Positions 46,297 to 56,733 of a stretch of DNA of 64,000 bases are shown here, in pieces. A model generated the notes under the pieces. The model ran no database searches. It was not told where the DNA came from and worked only from the letters and a program-made list of their open reading frames with translations. The position numbers were made by a program, and so were the translations under genes. Position 1 is the first letter of the stretch. Each line of letters starts with the position of its first letter. Source of the stretch: Isoptericola halotolerans (GTDB lineage Bacteria; Actinomycetota; Actinomycetes; Actinomycetales; Cellulomonadaceae); contig NZ_JABEZU010000004.1 of assembly GCF_013149785.1 (NCBI RefSeq), positions 248,001 to 312,000 on the forward strand, read 5' to 3'.

Positions 46297-47292
46297 ATGG
46301 TCGCCGAGGCACTGACGTACCGCTACCGCCCGACGGTGAGCTTCGAGCTCATGCCGCCGCGGCGGCCCGAGGCTGCCCCGAAGTTCTGGGAGACGGCACG
46401 CCGGCTCGTCGCCACGAACCCCGACTTCGTCTCCGTGACCTACGGCGCCGGGGGCGGTGACCGCGCCACCGCGCGCCAGGTGGTGGCCACCCTCCTCGAG
46501 GGCACACCGGTGCTCCCCATCGCCCACCTGACCTGCGTGGGAGCCTCCCGCGAGGACGTCTCCGCCGTCGTCGACGAGTTCCTCGAGGCCGGCGTGCGCA
46601 GCTTCCTCGCCCTGCGCGGCGACCCCCCGCGCGACCAGCCCGACTGGCGGCCGCCGGCCGACGGCGTGCACTCCTCGATCGAGCTCGTCGCGCTGCTGCG
46701 CGAGGTCGAGGCCCGCCGCTGCGCCGTCGACCCCGCCGCGGCCGTCCGAGGAGCCGCACGCCCCCTGACGGTCGCCGTCGCGACGTTCCCCGACGGCAAC
46801 CGCCAGGCCGGGACCACCCGCGCCCAGGAGGTGCACCGCCTGCTGGAGAAGCAGCAGGCCGGCGCCTCCTTCGCGATCACCCAGCTGTTCTACGCCGCGG
46901 ACAGCTACACCGACTTCGTCACCGAGGCCCGCGCGGCCGGAGTGACGATCCCGATCCTCGCCGGGCTGATGCCCGCGACCGAGCCGCGCCGGCTCCGTCG
47001 CGTCGAGGAGCTCACCGGCGTCCCGGCGCCCCAGCACCTGCTGGACGCCCTGGACGCCCTGCCGGACCCGGAGGCGCAGCACGCCTACGGGACCGCGTTC
47101 GGCGTCGAGCTCGCGCAGCGCGTGCTCGATGCGGGCGCGCCCGGTCTGCACGTGTACACGTTCAACAAGTACCGACCCGCTCTGGACCTGCTCGAGGGTG
47201 TCCACCTCGGCGGTCGGACGCCGCACGGCGTCCCCGACCTGGCCAGAAGGCCGCTGGTACCGAGCATCCCGACACAGGCTCCCGCCGTCTGA
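46297..47292 (+). CDS. metF: Methylenetetrahydrofolate reductase
   Basis: [35 protein letters not shown]. Confidence 0.92.
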   Translation: MVAEALTYRYRPTVSFELMPPRRPEAAPKFWETARRLVATNPDFVSVTYGAGGGDRATARQVVATLLEGTPVLPIAHLTCVGASREDVSAVVDEFLEAGVRSFLALRGDPPRDQPDWRPPADGVHSSIELVALLREVEARRCAVDPAAAVRGAARPLTVAVATFPDGNRQAGTTRAQEVHRLLEKQQAGASFAITQLFYAADSYTDFVTEARAAGVTIPILAGLMPATEPRRLRRVEELTGVPAPQHLLDALDALPDPEAQHAYGTAFGVELAQRVLDAGAPGLHVYTFNKYRPALDLLEGVHLGGRTPHGVPDLARRPLVPSIPTQAPAV

Positions 47293-47395
47293 CCCGGCGC
47301 CGAGCAGGAGGTTGCGCCCGCAACGATCGACGAGAACGGGCACAACCTCCTGGTCGGCGACGAACACGGCGGGAAAACCGACACCAGGAGTGCTC

Positions 47396-49831
47396 ATGAC
47401 CACCACCGACACCACCTCGACCGGCACGCCGGCCGGCACCGCCTTCCCCGGCGGCACGATCCTCGGCTACCCCCGCGTGGGCCGGCGCCGCGAGCTCAAG
47501 CGCGCCGTCGAGGCGTACTGGGCCGGGCGCACCGACGTCGCCGAGCTCGAGGACACCGCCGCCGCGCTGCGCCGCGCCACCCTGCAGCGCCTCGTCCAGC
47601 TCGGGCTGGACCCGGACGACGGCTCCGTGCCCGGCTCCTTCTCCTTCTACGACCAGGTGCTCGACGTCGTCGCGCTGCTCGGCGCCGTCCCGGAGCGGTT
47701 CCGCGACCTCGTCGCCGACGACGGCGCGCTCGACCTGGCGGGCTACTTCACCGTCGCCCGGGGCCGCGGCGAGGACGCGCCGCTCGAGATGACCAAGTGG
47801 TTCGACACGAACTACCACTACCTGGTCCCCGAGATCAGCGAGTCCACACCGGTCTCGTTCGCCGGGGACCGCGTCGTGCGGGAGTTCGCCGAGGCCCGGG
47901 AGGCCGGGATCACCACCCGCCCGGTGCTCGTCGGACCGGTGACGTTCCTCGCCCTGTCCAAGGCCGCGGACGACGCCGGTGAGGGCTTCCACCCGCTCGA
48001 CCGGCTCGACGACGTCGTCGCCGCGTACGCGGACCTGCTCCGGGCGCTGGCCGCGGCCGGGGTGCCGTGGGTGCAGCTCGACGAGCCCGTCCTCGTCTCG
48101 GACACCGTCGACGCACCCGCCGCCCGCATCGACGCCGCGATCACCAGCGCGTACGGGGCGTTGACCGACCTCGCCGTCGGCACCGAGCGTCCGGCCGTGC
48201 TCGTGGCCGCCCCGTTCGGCGGTCTGGCCACGGACACGTCGGACGGCTCCGTCCCGGCTCGCGACGGGCTGGCGCTGCTCGCGGGCACCGGCGTCGAGGC
48301 GATCGCGATCGACCTGGTCAAGGGGGCGGTCCCGACCGGCGACGGCACGGACGGCACGGTGCCCGGCCTGGGCAGCAAGACGCTCGTGGCGGGCGTCGTC
48401 GACGGCCACAACATCTGGCGCACGGACCTGGCCGCCCGGCTCGACACGCTCGACGCGCTGCGCCCGCTGGGCGCCGGTGCCCTCACGGTCGGCACGTCGA
48501 CGTCCCTGCTGCACGTCCCGCACGACGTGGAGGACGAGACCTGGGAGGGCACGGCGGCCGACCGGGCCGGGCGGACCCCCGAGCTCCGACGCTGGCTGGC
48601 GTTCGCCGACCAGAAGGTCCGCGAGGTGACCGTGCTGGCCCGCGCCCTGAGCGACGGTCCGGACGCGGTCCGCGAGGACCTCGACGCGGCGAGCGCGGCC
48701 CTGGCCGAGCGCGCGGCCGCGGTCGGCGTCGTCGTCCCGGCCGTCCGCGAGCGCCTGGCCGCCCTGACCGACGCGGACTTCGCCCGGGGCGCGCACGACG
48801 AGCGGGTCGCCGCCCAGCGCGAGCGGCTCGGGCTGCCGCCGCTGCCGACGACCACCATCGGGTCCTTCCCGCAGACGTCCGAGATCCGCAAGGCGCGGTC
48901 GGCCTGGGCCAAGGGCGAGCTCGGCGACGAGGCGTACACCGCGGCGATGCGTGCCGAGATCGAGCGCGTGGTCCGGCTGCAGGAGGAGATCGGGCTGGAC
49001 GTGCTGGTGCACGGCGAGCCGGAGCGCAACGACATGGTGCAGTACTTCGCGGAGCTGCTGGACGGGTTCGCGACGACGGACCTCGGGTGGGTGCAGTCGT
49101 ACGGGTCGCGGTGCGTGCGTCCGCCGATCCTGTGGGGTGACGTCACCCGGCCGGCGCCGATGACGGTGGAGTGGACGCGCCACGCCCAGTCGCTCACGCC
49201 GCGCCCGGTGAAGGGGATGCTCACCGGCCCGGTGACGATCCTGGCGTGGTCGTTCGTGCGGGACGACCAGCCGCTGGCGGACACCGCGAACCAGGTGGCC
49301 CTCGCCCTGCGCGACGAGGTCCGTGACCTCGAGGCCGCCGGGACGGCCGTCGTGCAGGTGGACGAGCCGGCGCTGCGCGAGCTGCTGCCGCTGCGCCGTG
49401 CGGACCAGCCGGCCTACCTGGAGTGGTCGGTGGGGTCGTTCCGCCTGGCGACGGCGGGGGCGGCCGCCTCCACGCAGGTGCACACGCACCTGTGCTACTC
49501 GGAGTTCGGCGAGGTCATCGGGGCGATCGACGGCCTCGACGCGGACGTGACGTCCATCGAGGCGGCGCGCTCGCGCATGGAGGTCGTCCCCGAGCTGGAC
49601 GCGGCCGGGTATGCGCGTGGCGTCGGGCCGGGCGTCTACGACATCCACTCCCCCCGCGTGCCGTCGGCCGCCGAGCTCACCGAGCTGCTCGGTCTCGCGG
49701 TGAGGTCGATCGACCCGGAGGTGGTGTGGGCGAACCCGGACTGCGGGCTCAAGACCCGGGCCTACGCCGAGGTGGAGCCGTCGCTGCGCCACCTGGTCGA
49801 GGCGGCACGGACGGTGCGCGCCGGGCTCTGA
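47396..49831 (+). CDS. metE: Cobalamin-independent methionine synthase
   Basis: [47 protein letters not shown]. Confidence 0.96.
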   Translation: MTTTDTTSTGTPAGTAFPGGTILGYPRVGRRRELKRAVEAYWAGRTDVAELEDTAAALRRATLQRLVQLGLDPDDGSVPGSFSFYDQVLDVVALLGAVPERFRDLVADDGALDLAGYFTVARGRGEDAPLEMTKWFDTNYHYLVPEISESTPVSFAGDRVVREFAEAREAGITTRPVLVGPVTFLALSKAADDAGEGFHPLDRLDDVVAAYADLLRALAAAGVPWVQLDEPVLVSDTVDAPAARIDAAITSAYGALTDLAVGTERPAVLVAAPFGGLATDTSDGSVPARDGLALLAGTGVEAIAIDLVKGAVPTGDGTDGTVPGLGSKTLVAGVVDGHNIWRTDLAARLDTLDALRPLGAGALTVGTSTSLLHVPHDVEDETWEGTAADRAGRTPELRRWLAFADQKVREVTVLARALSDGPDAVREDLDAASAALAERAAAVGVVVPAVRERLAALTDADFARGAHDERVAAQRERLGLPPLPTTTIGSFPQTSEIRKARSAWAKGELGDEAYTAAMRAEIERVVRLQEEIGLDVLVHGEPERNDMVQYFAELLDGFATTDLGWVQSYGSRCVRPPILWGDVTRPAPMTVEWTRHAQSLTPRPVKGMLTGPVTILAWSFVRDDQPLADTANQVALALRDEVRDLEAAGTAVVQVDEPALRELLPLRRADQPAYLEWSVGSFRLATAGAAASTQVHTHLCYSEFGEVIGAIDGLDADVTSIEAARSRMEVVPELDAAGYARGVGPGVYDIHSPRVPSAAELTELLGLAVRSIDPEVVWANPDCGLKTRAYAEVEPSLRHLVEAARTVRAGL

Positions 49832-49867
49832 CCACCCACCACCCACCCTCGGTGCCGAGCATGTGAT

Positions 49868-49899
49868 GGGGGCCCGTCCGGTCAGCCGGACGGGCCCCC
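49868..49899 (+). terminator. Hairpin after metE
   Basis: GGGGGCCCGTCCGG-TCAG-CCGGACGGGCCCCC. Confidence 0.75.
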
Positions 49900-50022
49900 G
49901 TCGCATGTTCGGCGGTCCAGGGCGCCGGACGTATTCCATGGTCCGGGGCAACCGTCGTGTGTCACCATGGTGGACGGTCGTGCCGCAGTGGCGGGCCGGG
50001 ACACCGAGTCGAGGAGCGAGAG

Positions 50023-50103
50023 ATGCAGCGCGTCGTCGCGGGGAGCGGGGTGGCCGTCGAGGCCTGCTCGGGCACCCCGTCGACCCAGGCCGCCTGCCGC
50101 TGA
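50023..50103 (+). CDS. Putative 26-aa leader peptide upstream of the FusB-like gene
   Basis: RBS GAGGAG; MQRVVAGSGVAVEACSGTPSTQAACR. Confidence 0.45.
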   Translation: MQRVVAGSGVAVEACSGTPSTQAACR

Positions 50104-50241
50104 TCCGACACCGGATCGTGCGCGGAGGTGACCTGGCCCTGCCGTGCCCACCTCCGCCCGCACCACCGCCTGCCGAGCGCCGAGCCGCTGCGCTCGTCGC
50201 GCCGTCGACCCCGGGTGGTGCCCGCTCCTGAAGGCCGACCC

Positions 50242-50742
50242 ATGAACCCCCTCACCGAACAGCAGATCCGCGCCAGCCTCGTCAACGCCACGCGCAGCGA
50301 GCGACAGCGGATGATCCTGCCCGACCTGGCGGCGATCCGCTGGGACCGTCTCGACTACCTCGGGTGGCGGGACCGCAAGCAGCCGCTCGCCGCCTACGCG
50401 GTCACCGAGCTCGACGGCGAACCCGTCGGCATCATCCTCCGCGCCCCGGAGACCAGCAGCCGCCGCGCCGCGATGTGCGCCTGGTGCGAGGACGTCGGCG
50501 ACGGCAACGACACGTCGCTGTACGTCGCCCGGCGAGCCGGTGCCCCCGGTCGCAAGGGGAACACCATCGGGACCCTGATCTGCACGGACTTCCGTTGCTC
50601 GCGCAACGTTCGGCGCAGGCCCACCCTCGCCGAGTCCGGGGTCGACGACGACGCCGCACGCGCCACCGTCGTCGACCGTCGGATCGAGAGCCTGCGCGAA
50701 CGCAGCCGGCGGTTCCTCGAGGAGGTGCGCAGCACCGCCTGA
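50242..50742 (+). CDS. FBP/FusB-family protein (treble-clef zinc finger)
   Basis: LDYLGW.D, MCAWC, GNTIGTLICTDFRCS. Confidence 0.82.
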   Translation: MNPLTEQQIRASLVNATRSERQRMILPDLAAIRWDRLDYLGWRDRKQPLAAYAVTELDGEPVGIILRAPETSSRRAAMCAWCEDVGDGNDTSLYVARRAGAPGRKGNTIGTLICTDFRCSRNVRRRPTLAESGVDDDAARATVVDRRIESLRERSRRFLEEVRSTA

Positions 50743-51011
50743 CCGCGCCGTCGTCGGGGTGCTCTGTGCGTCGTCGACGATCTCCGCCGTCCAGCAGCTC
50801 GTCGCACGCCGACTGATCGAAAGTGTTTGTTTGAGATTGAGCCTGCCCTCGACGGGACTGCGGTGACCGCCTATGCACTACCGTGCGGAGCCAGTCGACA
50901 CGGGCGACGTGATCTCCACCCGGTCGGCACGCGCACCGACGTGGTCGTCGCGCCGAAGCGGCTGCCATCTCGGTGAACCCACTCCCCTGCAACGACGCAC
51001 GAGAGGTTCTG

Positions 51012-52469
51012 ATGATGAACAAGCTCCTGTCCCGGCTCCTGGCGGGGCTGGCCGCGCTGGTCCTGCTGCCGGTCGCCGCGGTGACGGTGTCCGCCGCGCC
51101 GGCCGCCGCCGCCACCGAGGACTTCCGCGGGATGAACTGGGCGGTGCTGGGTGACAACTTCGTCACCGGCCCGCTCGTCCTGGACGGCCTCAGCAGCTCC
51201 GACAGCTACGCGGCCGTCGAGGCCAAGGCCAACGCCCTGTACGACGACATGGAGAGCACGCTCGGTGTGAACACCGTCCGCCTGCCGGTCAACACGCACA
51301 CGGTCGGCTCGGGCTGGTGGAACAGCTACCGCGCCACCATCGACGCAGCGACCGACCGCGGCTGGAAGGTCATCCTGGCGTACTGGGAGGACGGCGCCGC
51401 CTCCGGTGGCCGCATCACCGACCTCGCCGCGTGGAACTCGATGTGGTCGCAGGTGACGTCGCAGTACGGCTCGAACAGCCTGGTGTACTTCGAGCCGATG
51501 AACGAGCCGCACGGCTACAGCTCGACCGCGTGGCGGAACCTCGCTGCCGACTGGCTCGACTACCACTACTCGGCCGTGCCGAGCCGGGTGCTGATCGGCG
51601 GGACAGGGTTCAGCCAGGACCTGCGTGACCTGTGCGACGACTCCCGGTTCGCGGACACGCTGTTCTCGTTCCATCACTACGCCTTCCTGTACGGCTCGCA
51701 GACCTACGACAGCTGGGTGAGCCACGTCCGCGAGAGGCTCGGCAGCTGCGCCTCACGCGCGGTCGTGACCGAGTACGGCGCCCCGATGAGCGACGGTCGC
51801 AACTACGCCGACGCCGGCAGCTCGGACAACTTCGTGCGCTATCTCCGCGCAGTGACCCAGGTCATGCGGGAGAACTCGATGGGCGGGACGTACTGGCCGG
51901 CGGTCGGCGGCAAGACGGGCCAGATCGGCTACGACTGGTACTCGATGTACGCCCTGAGCGGCAGCGGCACCGATCTCGGCCTCACGCTGCGCAACCAGTC
52001 CGGGGCAGACCGGTTGCGGTACGGGTGGGGCGACGACGTCTCGGGCGGCGGGCCCGGCGGCACGGTGACGCAGATCGTCAGCGAGGCGTCCGGCAAGTGC
52101 GTCGACGTGGTCTCCGCCTCCACGGCGGACGCCGCCGAGGTGGTCCAGTACACGTGCGGCAGCGGCTCGAACCAGCGGTTCGAGCTGCGAGACCTGGGCA
52201 ACGGCTACCACCAGCTGGTCGCCCAGCACTCCGACAAGTGCCTCGACGTCACCGGCGGATCCATCGCCGACGGCGCGGCGATCATCCAGTACACCTGCGG
52301 CAGCGGCACCAACCAGCAGTGGGAGCTGCGCGCCGCCGGCAGCGGCCACGAGCTCGTCGCCCGCCACTCCGGCAAGTGCCTCGACCTGCCGAGCGGGTCG
52401 ACGGCGAACGGTACCCGGCTGCAGCAGTACTCCTGCTGGGGCGGCGCCAACCAGCGCTGGACCGTCTGA
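51012..52469 (+). CDS. Secreted GH5-like glycoside hydrolase with ricin-B (CBM13)
   Basis: RGMNWA, NTVRLP, FEPMNEP, H.Y, VTEYG; SGKC.DV...Q..C...NQ.W repeats. Confidence 0.85.
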   Translation: MMNKLLSRLLAGLAALVLLPVAAVTVSAAPAAAATEDFRGMNWAVLGDNFVTGPLVLDGLSSSDSYAAVEAKANALYDDMESTLGVNTVRLPVNTHTVGSGWWNSYRATIDAATDRGWKVILAYWEDGAASGGRITDLAAWNSMWSQVTSQYGSNSLVYFEPMNEPHGYSSTAWRNLAADWLDYHYSAVPSRVLIGGTGFSQDLRDLCDDSRFADTLFSFHHYAFLYGSQTYDSWVSHVRERLGSCASRAVVTEYGAPMSDGRNYADAGSSDNFVRYLRAVTQVMRENSMGGTYWPAVGGKTGQIGYDWYSMYALSGSGTDLGLTLRNQSGADRLRYGWGDDVSGGGPGGTVTQIVSEASGKCVDVVSASTADAAEVVQYTCGSGSNQRFELRDLGNGYHQLVAQHSDKCLDVTGGSIADGAAIIQYTCGSGTNQQWELRAAGSGHELVARHSGKCLDLPSGSTANGTRLQQYSCWGGANQRWTV

Positions 52470-52525
52470 CTCTGCCGGACGCCGACGCTGGAGGCACGTG
52501 TTCGCCGAGAGCGAAAGCAGCCCCC

Positions 52526-52552
52526 TTGGCACTCTCGGGTCGAGAGTGCTAA
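52526..52552 (+). promoter_or_regulatory. CIRCE element (HrcA operator)
   Basis: TTGGCACTC-N9-GAGTGCTAA, one mismatch to consensus TTAGCACTC-N9-GAGTGCTAA. Confidence 0.9.
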
Positions 52553-52646
52553 ATCAGGAGGTGTAGCCAGACGACGCCGGACGGACCGGCGCGTTGATCG
52601 CGGTCGGGGCCGCACCCCGTGGCCCCCGTCGAGGAGGTGATGCGCG

Positions 52647-53072
52647 ATGGCTACCTACTGGGACCCGTTCCAGGAGATGGACCGACTCTTCGGGTCGCTC
52701 ACCACGTCGAGGAACGCACCGGGCATGCCGATGGACCTGTTCCGCGACGGCGACCACTACGTCCTCGCCGCGGACCTGCCCGGGATCGACCCGGGCAGCA
52801 TCGACGTCTCGTGCGAGGACCGCACCCTGACCATCCGGGCCGAGCGCACCCCACGCTCGGGCGAGGGCCAGTGGCTCCTGCGCGAGCGGCCCTCCGGCAC
52901 CGTGGCGCGGCAGCTCACGCTGGGTCGCGGGCTGGCGCTCGACCAGATCAGCGCGTCCTACGCCGACGGCGTGCTGACGCTGACCATCCCGGTGGCCGAG
53001 GACGCGAAGCCGCGCCGCATCGAGGTCAGCCACCGGTCGGACCGCGAGGAGATCGAGGCCGGCACGAGCTGA
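52647..53072 (+). CDS. Hsp20/alpha-crystallin small heat shock protein
   Basis: DPF.E.DRL, DLPG, ERP.G, A.Y.DGVLTL.IP. Confidence 0.93.
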   Translation: MATYWDPFQEMDRLFGSLTTSRNAPGMPMDLFRDGDHYVLAADLPGIDPGSIDVSCEDRTLTIRAERTPRSGEGQWLLRERPSGTVARQLTLGRGLALDQISASYADGVLTLTIPVAEDAKPRRIEVSHRSDREEIEAGTS

Positions 53073-53119
53073 CGGGCACCACCGCCACGGAAGCGCCGAG
53101 GATCGGCGCCGGTGAGGGC

Positions 53120-53338
53120 TCAGCCCTTGCTGGCGCCGATCATCGGCAGCCCGAACGCCAGGCAGGTCGCCAGGATGCCGCCGGTGAACACGAACGGGGC
53201 GATCGCCGGGTCGGCGGTGGCGCCGATGCCGATGAGGACCAGGCCACCGAGGAACAGCACCATCGAGACGATCACGCGGCCGAGCATCGCGCCCGGGGCG
53301 TCGTTCTGCGGGGCCGGGTTCACTCTGAAGTCGCTCAT
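53120..53338 (-). CDS. Small two-TM membrane protein
   Basis: Two hydrophobic helices; TAGGCT 5 nt before ATG. Confidence 0.7.
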   Translation of the reverse strand: MSDFRVNPAPQNDAPGAMLGRVIVSMVLFLGGLVLIGIGATADPAIAPFVFTGGILATCLAFGLPMIGASKG

Positions 53339-53361
53339 GGGGCCAGCCTAGCCCGAGCGGC

Positions 53362-53925
53362 TCAGGGCAGCCGCGGCCGGCGGACGGCAGCACCCGCGCG
53401 CCCGGGGTCCAGCTCGACCGGGCTCACGAGCACCGCTGGGCCGCGGCGCAGCAGCCCGTCGGTCAGAGGCATGCAGCGCACCCCGCCCCGCCCGCGCATG
53501 GCGGCGTGCACCCCCGGTGCCAGCATCCGGTCCATCCAGGCGCACGGGTGCGCGGGTCGTCCCCCGCGCAGCGTCACGGAGTCGCTCCCGGCGCGGAGCG
53601 TCAGCTCGTGCCCGACCAGCGGGGCCAGCTCGGCGCCACGCAGCACGACGTTGCGCCGCGTGAGCACCGGGTCGAGCGGCCCGGTGCCGAGCTCACGGGC
53701 GATCTCCTCGAGCGCCTCGGCCGCGAAGAGGGTGACCGCGGCGTCCATGTGAGCGGCCTTGCCGAAGAACCGGTCGCCCACCAGCCCCTTGCCCGCCACG
53801 ACCTCGACCGTGTCGGGCGCGGACGTCGGCACGTCGGCCGCGCCGTCCCGGGGGCGGCCGAAGTAGGCGTGCTCGGGCGACACGAGCAGGTGCTCGATCT
53901 CGACCGGGTACTCGAACGTCGTCAC
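53362..53925 (-). CDS. MOSC domain protein
   Basis: GLVGDRF, RRNV, PCAWMD, RGG. Confidence 0.85.
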   Translation of the reverse strand: MTTFEYPVEIEHLLVSPEHAYFGRPRDGAADVPTSAPDTVEVVAGKGLVGDRFFGKAAHMDAAVTLFAAEALEEIARELGTGPLDPVLTRRNVVLRGAELAPLVGHELTLRAGSDSVTLRGGRPAHPCAWMDRMLAPGVHAAMRGRGGVRCMPLTDGLLRRGPAVLVSPVELDPGRAGAAVRRPRLP

Positions 53926-53967
53926 CCCTGAAGTCTGGCACCATGGCCCGCTCGCTAGGATCGCGGG

Positions 53968-54555
53968 ATGCCTGAGCCCGGACTCCCCCGCCGCGTGCTG
54001 GTCGCCGGAACGTCCGGCGCCGGCAAGACCACGCTGGCGACGCGTCTGGCGGTGGCGCTCGACATCCCCCACACGGAGATCGACGCCCTGTTCCACGGCC
54101 CGGGGTGGACGCCCCGGGCCGAGTTCCTCGACGACGTCCGCACCCTGGTCGTCGGCGAGAGCTGGGTGACCGAGTGGCAGTACCGGACGGCCCGGCCGCT
54201 GCTGCTGGAGCGGGCGGAGCTGCTGGTCTGGCTCGACCTGCCGCTGCGGGTTCGGATGACGCAGGTGATCCGCCGCACGGTGCGCCGCCGTCGTCGTCGT
54301 ACCGTGCTGTGGAACGGCAACATGGAGCCTCCGCTGCGCACCTTCTGGACCGATGCCGACCACATCGTGCGCTGGGCATGGCGGACGCGCCGCACGCTCG
54401 ACGGCCTCGACGACCTGCTGGCCGAGCGGGCGCCGCACCTGCGGGTCGTGCGCCTGCGCAGCCACGCCGAGGCCGAGGAGTGGCTCGCGGCGGTGGCTGC
54501 GCGCGCGGGCCGAGGCAGAGCTCCCCTGCGTCGCGACGGCGCGGCGAACAGCTGA
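53968..54555 (+). CDS. P-loop kinase (adenylate kinase-like/FlaR-like)
   Basis: GTSGAGKTT, EID.LF..P.W, WLDLP. Confidence 0.8.
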   Translation: MPEPGLPRRVLVAGTSGAGKTTLATRLAVALDIPHTEIDALFHGPGWTPRAEFLDDVRTLVVGESWVTEWQYRTARPLLLERAELLVWLDLPLRVRMTQVIRRTVRRRRRRTVLWNGNMEPPLRTFWTDADHIVRWAWRTRRTLDGLDDLLAERAPHLRVVRLRSHAEAEEWLAAVAARAGRGRAPLRRDGAANS

Positions 54556-54601
54556 CTCCGGGTCGCCCGTGGGCGGCGCGCCGCGACTCTCGTGGAGCAC
54601 G

Positions 54602-55576
54602 TCAGGACGCGGACGGACCACCCGCCCCCTGCGCCGCTGCCAGGAGTCGGCTCAACCGGAGGGGATCGGCACCGCTCAGCTCGACGAGCCGATTCCAGAC
54701 CCGCTCCGCGACGTCTCCCTCGGGAGTGCTGGTGCGCGGGTCGGGAGCGATCAGCACGGGTTCGCCGCGCGCTCCCCCGGCCGGCGCGTAGTACTCGCCG
54801 CCCGCTGCTTCCGGGTCCGTGAGCGCCCGCACGCCCGACCACGCCGCGGCATCCTTGCCCTGTGCCCACGGCGTGTACGGGTTGCGCCGGTAGGGCACGG
54901 TCTTGTCCCGGATGCCGGCCCGGCGCGGCGTGCGCGCATCCACCCCCACTCCCGGGCTCGTGACGATCGACGCGAGCGGGAGGCCCGCCGCTCGCAGTCG
55001 ACGGTCCAGCTCGAACGCGAACACCTCGGTGGCCGTCTTCGCCTTCACGTAGGCGCCGATGCCGGTGCGCGGCGTCCGCTCGACGTCGGCCACGCTGGTG
55101 GGGAACTGCCGGACGAACCCGGTGGAGGCGTGGACGACACGGCGGGGGCGGTCCACGTCCTGGTCAGCGAGGACCGGCAACAGCCTGGCGACGAGTGCGA
55201 CGTTCGCCACGGTGTGCGCGCCGAGCATCAGCGGCAGGCCGTCCTCGGTGCGCGCGCTGCGCGAGAAGTGCATCGGGCCGCCGTTGAGGAAGATGCCGTC
55301 CAGGCGGCGCAGCGACGCCAGCTGGTCGGCCGCCGCTCGCACCGACGCGAGCGACGTCAGGTCGATCGCGGTGTGGTGCGTGACCGCCCCGGGAGCCTGC
55401 TCGCGGATGGCCTCGCTCGCCCTCTGCAGCTTCTCCCGGGAGCGAGAAGCGAGCACGACCTCCGCACCGGCGGACGCGAGCTGCTCGGCGGCGAAGTAGC
55501 CGATGCCGCCAGTCGCGCCGGTGACCACGTAGACGCGGCCCGTCAGGTCGGGCAGTCGCTCTGGGTTCCAGTTCAT
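54602..55576 (-). CDS. Short-chain dehydrogenase/reductase
   Basis: TGATGGIG, YVKAK. Confidence 0.85.
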   Translation of the reverse strand: MNWNPERLPDLTGRVYVVTGATGGIGYFAAEQLASAGAEVVLASRSREKLQRASEAIREQAPGAVTHHTAIDLTSLASVRAAADQLASLRRLDGIFLNGGPMHFSRSARTEDGLPLMLGAHTVANVALVARLLPVLADQDVDRPRRVVHASTGFVRQFPTSVADVERTPRTGIGAYVKAKTATEVFAFELDRRLRAAGLPLASIVTSPGVGVDARTPRRAGIRDKTVPYRRNPYTPWAQGKDAAAWSGVRALTDPEAAGGEYYAPAGGARGEPVLIAPDPRTSTPEGDVAERVWNRLVELSGADPLRLSRLLAAAQGAGGPSAS

Positions 55577-55592
55577 GCGCTCTCCTTGAAAC

Positions 55593-55638
55593 GGATGGAT
55601 CATCCACTTGAAGGTAGCACAGACGGATGTTCCATCCG
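55593..55638. promoter_or_regulatory. Two GGATG-N3-CATCC palindromes, probable TetR operators
   Basis: GGATGGATCATCC and CGGATGTTCCATCCG between divergent SDR and tetR. Confidence 0.6.
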
Positions 55639-55656
55639 CTTTGCTAGGATGGCGGC

Positions 55657-56190
55657 GTGCCCGCCCTCAGAGCCGACGCCGCCCGCTCCCGCGCCCGGAT
55701 CCTCGAGGCGGCGCGCGCGCTGCCTCCCGACGGCATCCGCCACAACGACCTCGCCCGCGACACAGGCCTCGGGGTCGGAACGGTGTACCGGCACTTCCCG
55801 ACCGTGACGTCGCTCCTCGAAGCCCTCCACCGCGACGCGCTGGGCGAACTGGTCGCGGTCGCACGTGACGCGGCCAGCAGCCCCTCCCCCGGCAAGGCGT
55901 TCACCGACCTCGTGAAGACGGGTGCCGAGCTGCAGCTCTCGCGCGACGGGCTGCAGGCGGTGCTCGTCGCGAAGGACGTCTCCCCCGAGGTCCGCGCGCT
56001 GCGGGAGGAGCTGCTCGACCTGTCCGCCGTCGCGCTCGACGCCGCGGTCCGCGACGGGCAGGTCAGGCCGGACGTCTCGATCGAGCAGGTCCAGCGCCTC
56101 GTGTGCGGTGTCGAGCACGCCGTCCGCCTGGGCGATGGCCACGACCGCGACCTCTTGCTCGGCGTGATGATCGCTGGGCTCCGGCCCTGA
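55657..56190 (+). CDS. TetR/AcrR family regulator
   Basis: RADA.R.R..IL, G.G.GTVYRHFP. Confidence 0.88.
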   Translation: MPALRADAARSRARILEAARALPPDGIRHNDLARDTGLGVGTVYRHFPTVTSLLEALHRDALGELVAVARDAASSPSPGKAFTDLVKTGAELQLSRDGLQAVLVAKDVSPEVRALREELLDLSAVALDAAVRDGQVRPDVSIEQVQRLVCGVEHAVRLGDGHDRDLLLGVMIAGLRP

Positions 56191-56215
56191 GCACGCGACT
56201 GCCGGCGGCTGCGGC

Positions 56216-56629
56216 CTAGCCGAGCAGGTCGGCGAGCGTCTTGACGATCCGCACGTCGCCGTCGAGCCAGTCGACCTCCCACAGGGTGCCGGCGTCCAGC
56301 CAGCGCAGCTCGTCGTGCTCGACGAGGGGTTCCGGCTCGCCGGAGAGCAGCGTGGCGAACCACAGCCGCAGCACGTGGCGGTCGGTGATGATCCACCCAC
56401 CGTCGTCCGGGCCGCGCAGCTCCGTGCCCAGCGCCACGGAGACTCCCAGCTCCTCGCGCAGCTCGCGGTGCAGCGCCTCGTGCGGCTCCTCCCCCGGCTC
56501 GGCCTTGCCGCCGGGGAACTCCCAGCGCCCGGCGATCTCGGCCGGGCGCGAGCGCCGGGCAGCGAGCAGCCGAGAGGGTCGTTCGAGCGAGTCGACGAGG
56601 GCGGCGGCCACGACGAGGCGACGGGTCAT
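56216..56629 (-). CDS. NUDIX hydrolase (MutT-like)
   Basis: WEFPGGK.E.GE....AL.RELREELG Nudix box. Confidence 0.9.
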   Translation of the reverse strand: MTRRLVVAAALVDSLERPSRLLAARRSRPAEIAGRWEFPGGKAEPGEEPHEALHRELREELGVSVALGTELRGPDDGGWIITDRHVLRLWFATLLSGEPEPLVEHDELRWLDAGTLWEVDWLDGDVRIVKTLADLLG

Positions 56630-56681
56630 GGCCGCGAGTCTGCCATCAGGACACGACGATCCCAGGCCAGAAGAGACGTGT

Positions 56682-56717
56682 GCCCCGCCACCAACATCCC
56701 CCGAGTGGTGGCGGGGC
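56682..56717 (-). terminator. Hairpin after the small LuxR-HTH gene
   Basis: GCCCCGCCACCA...TGGTGGCGGGGC. Confidence 0.6.
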
Positions 56718-56733
56718 CAGAGGTCTCAGCCGG

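Noticed and set aside
52553..52646. Possible RNA thermometer in the hsp20 5' UTR
   Set aside because: The visible GGGGCC/GGCCCC hairpin does not cover the GAGGAGG SD; no ROSE or fourU motif
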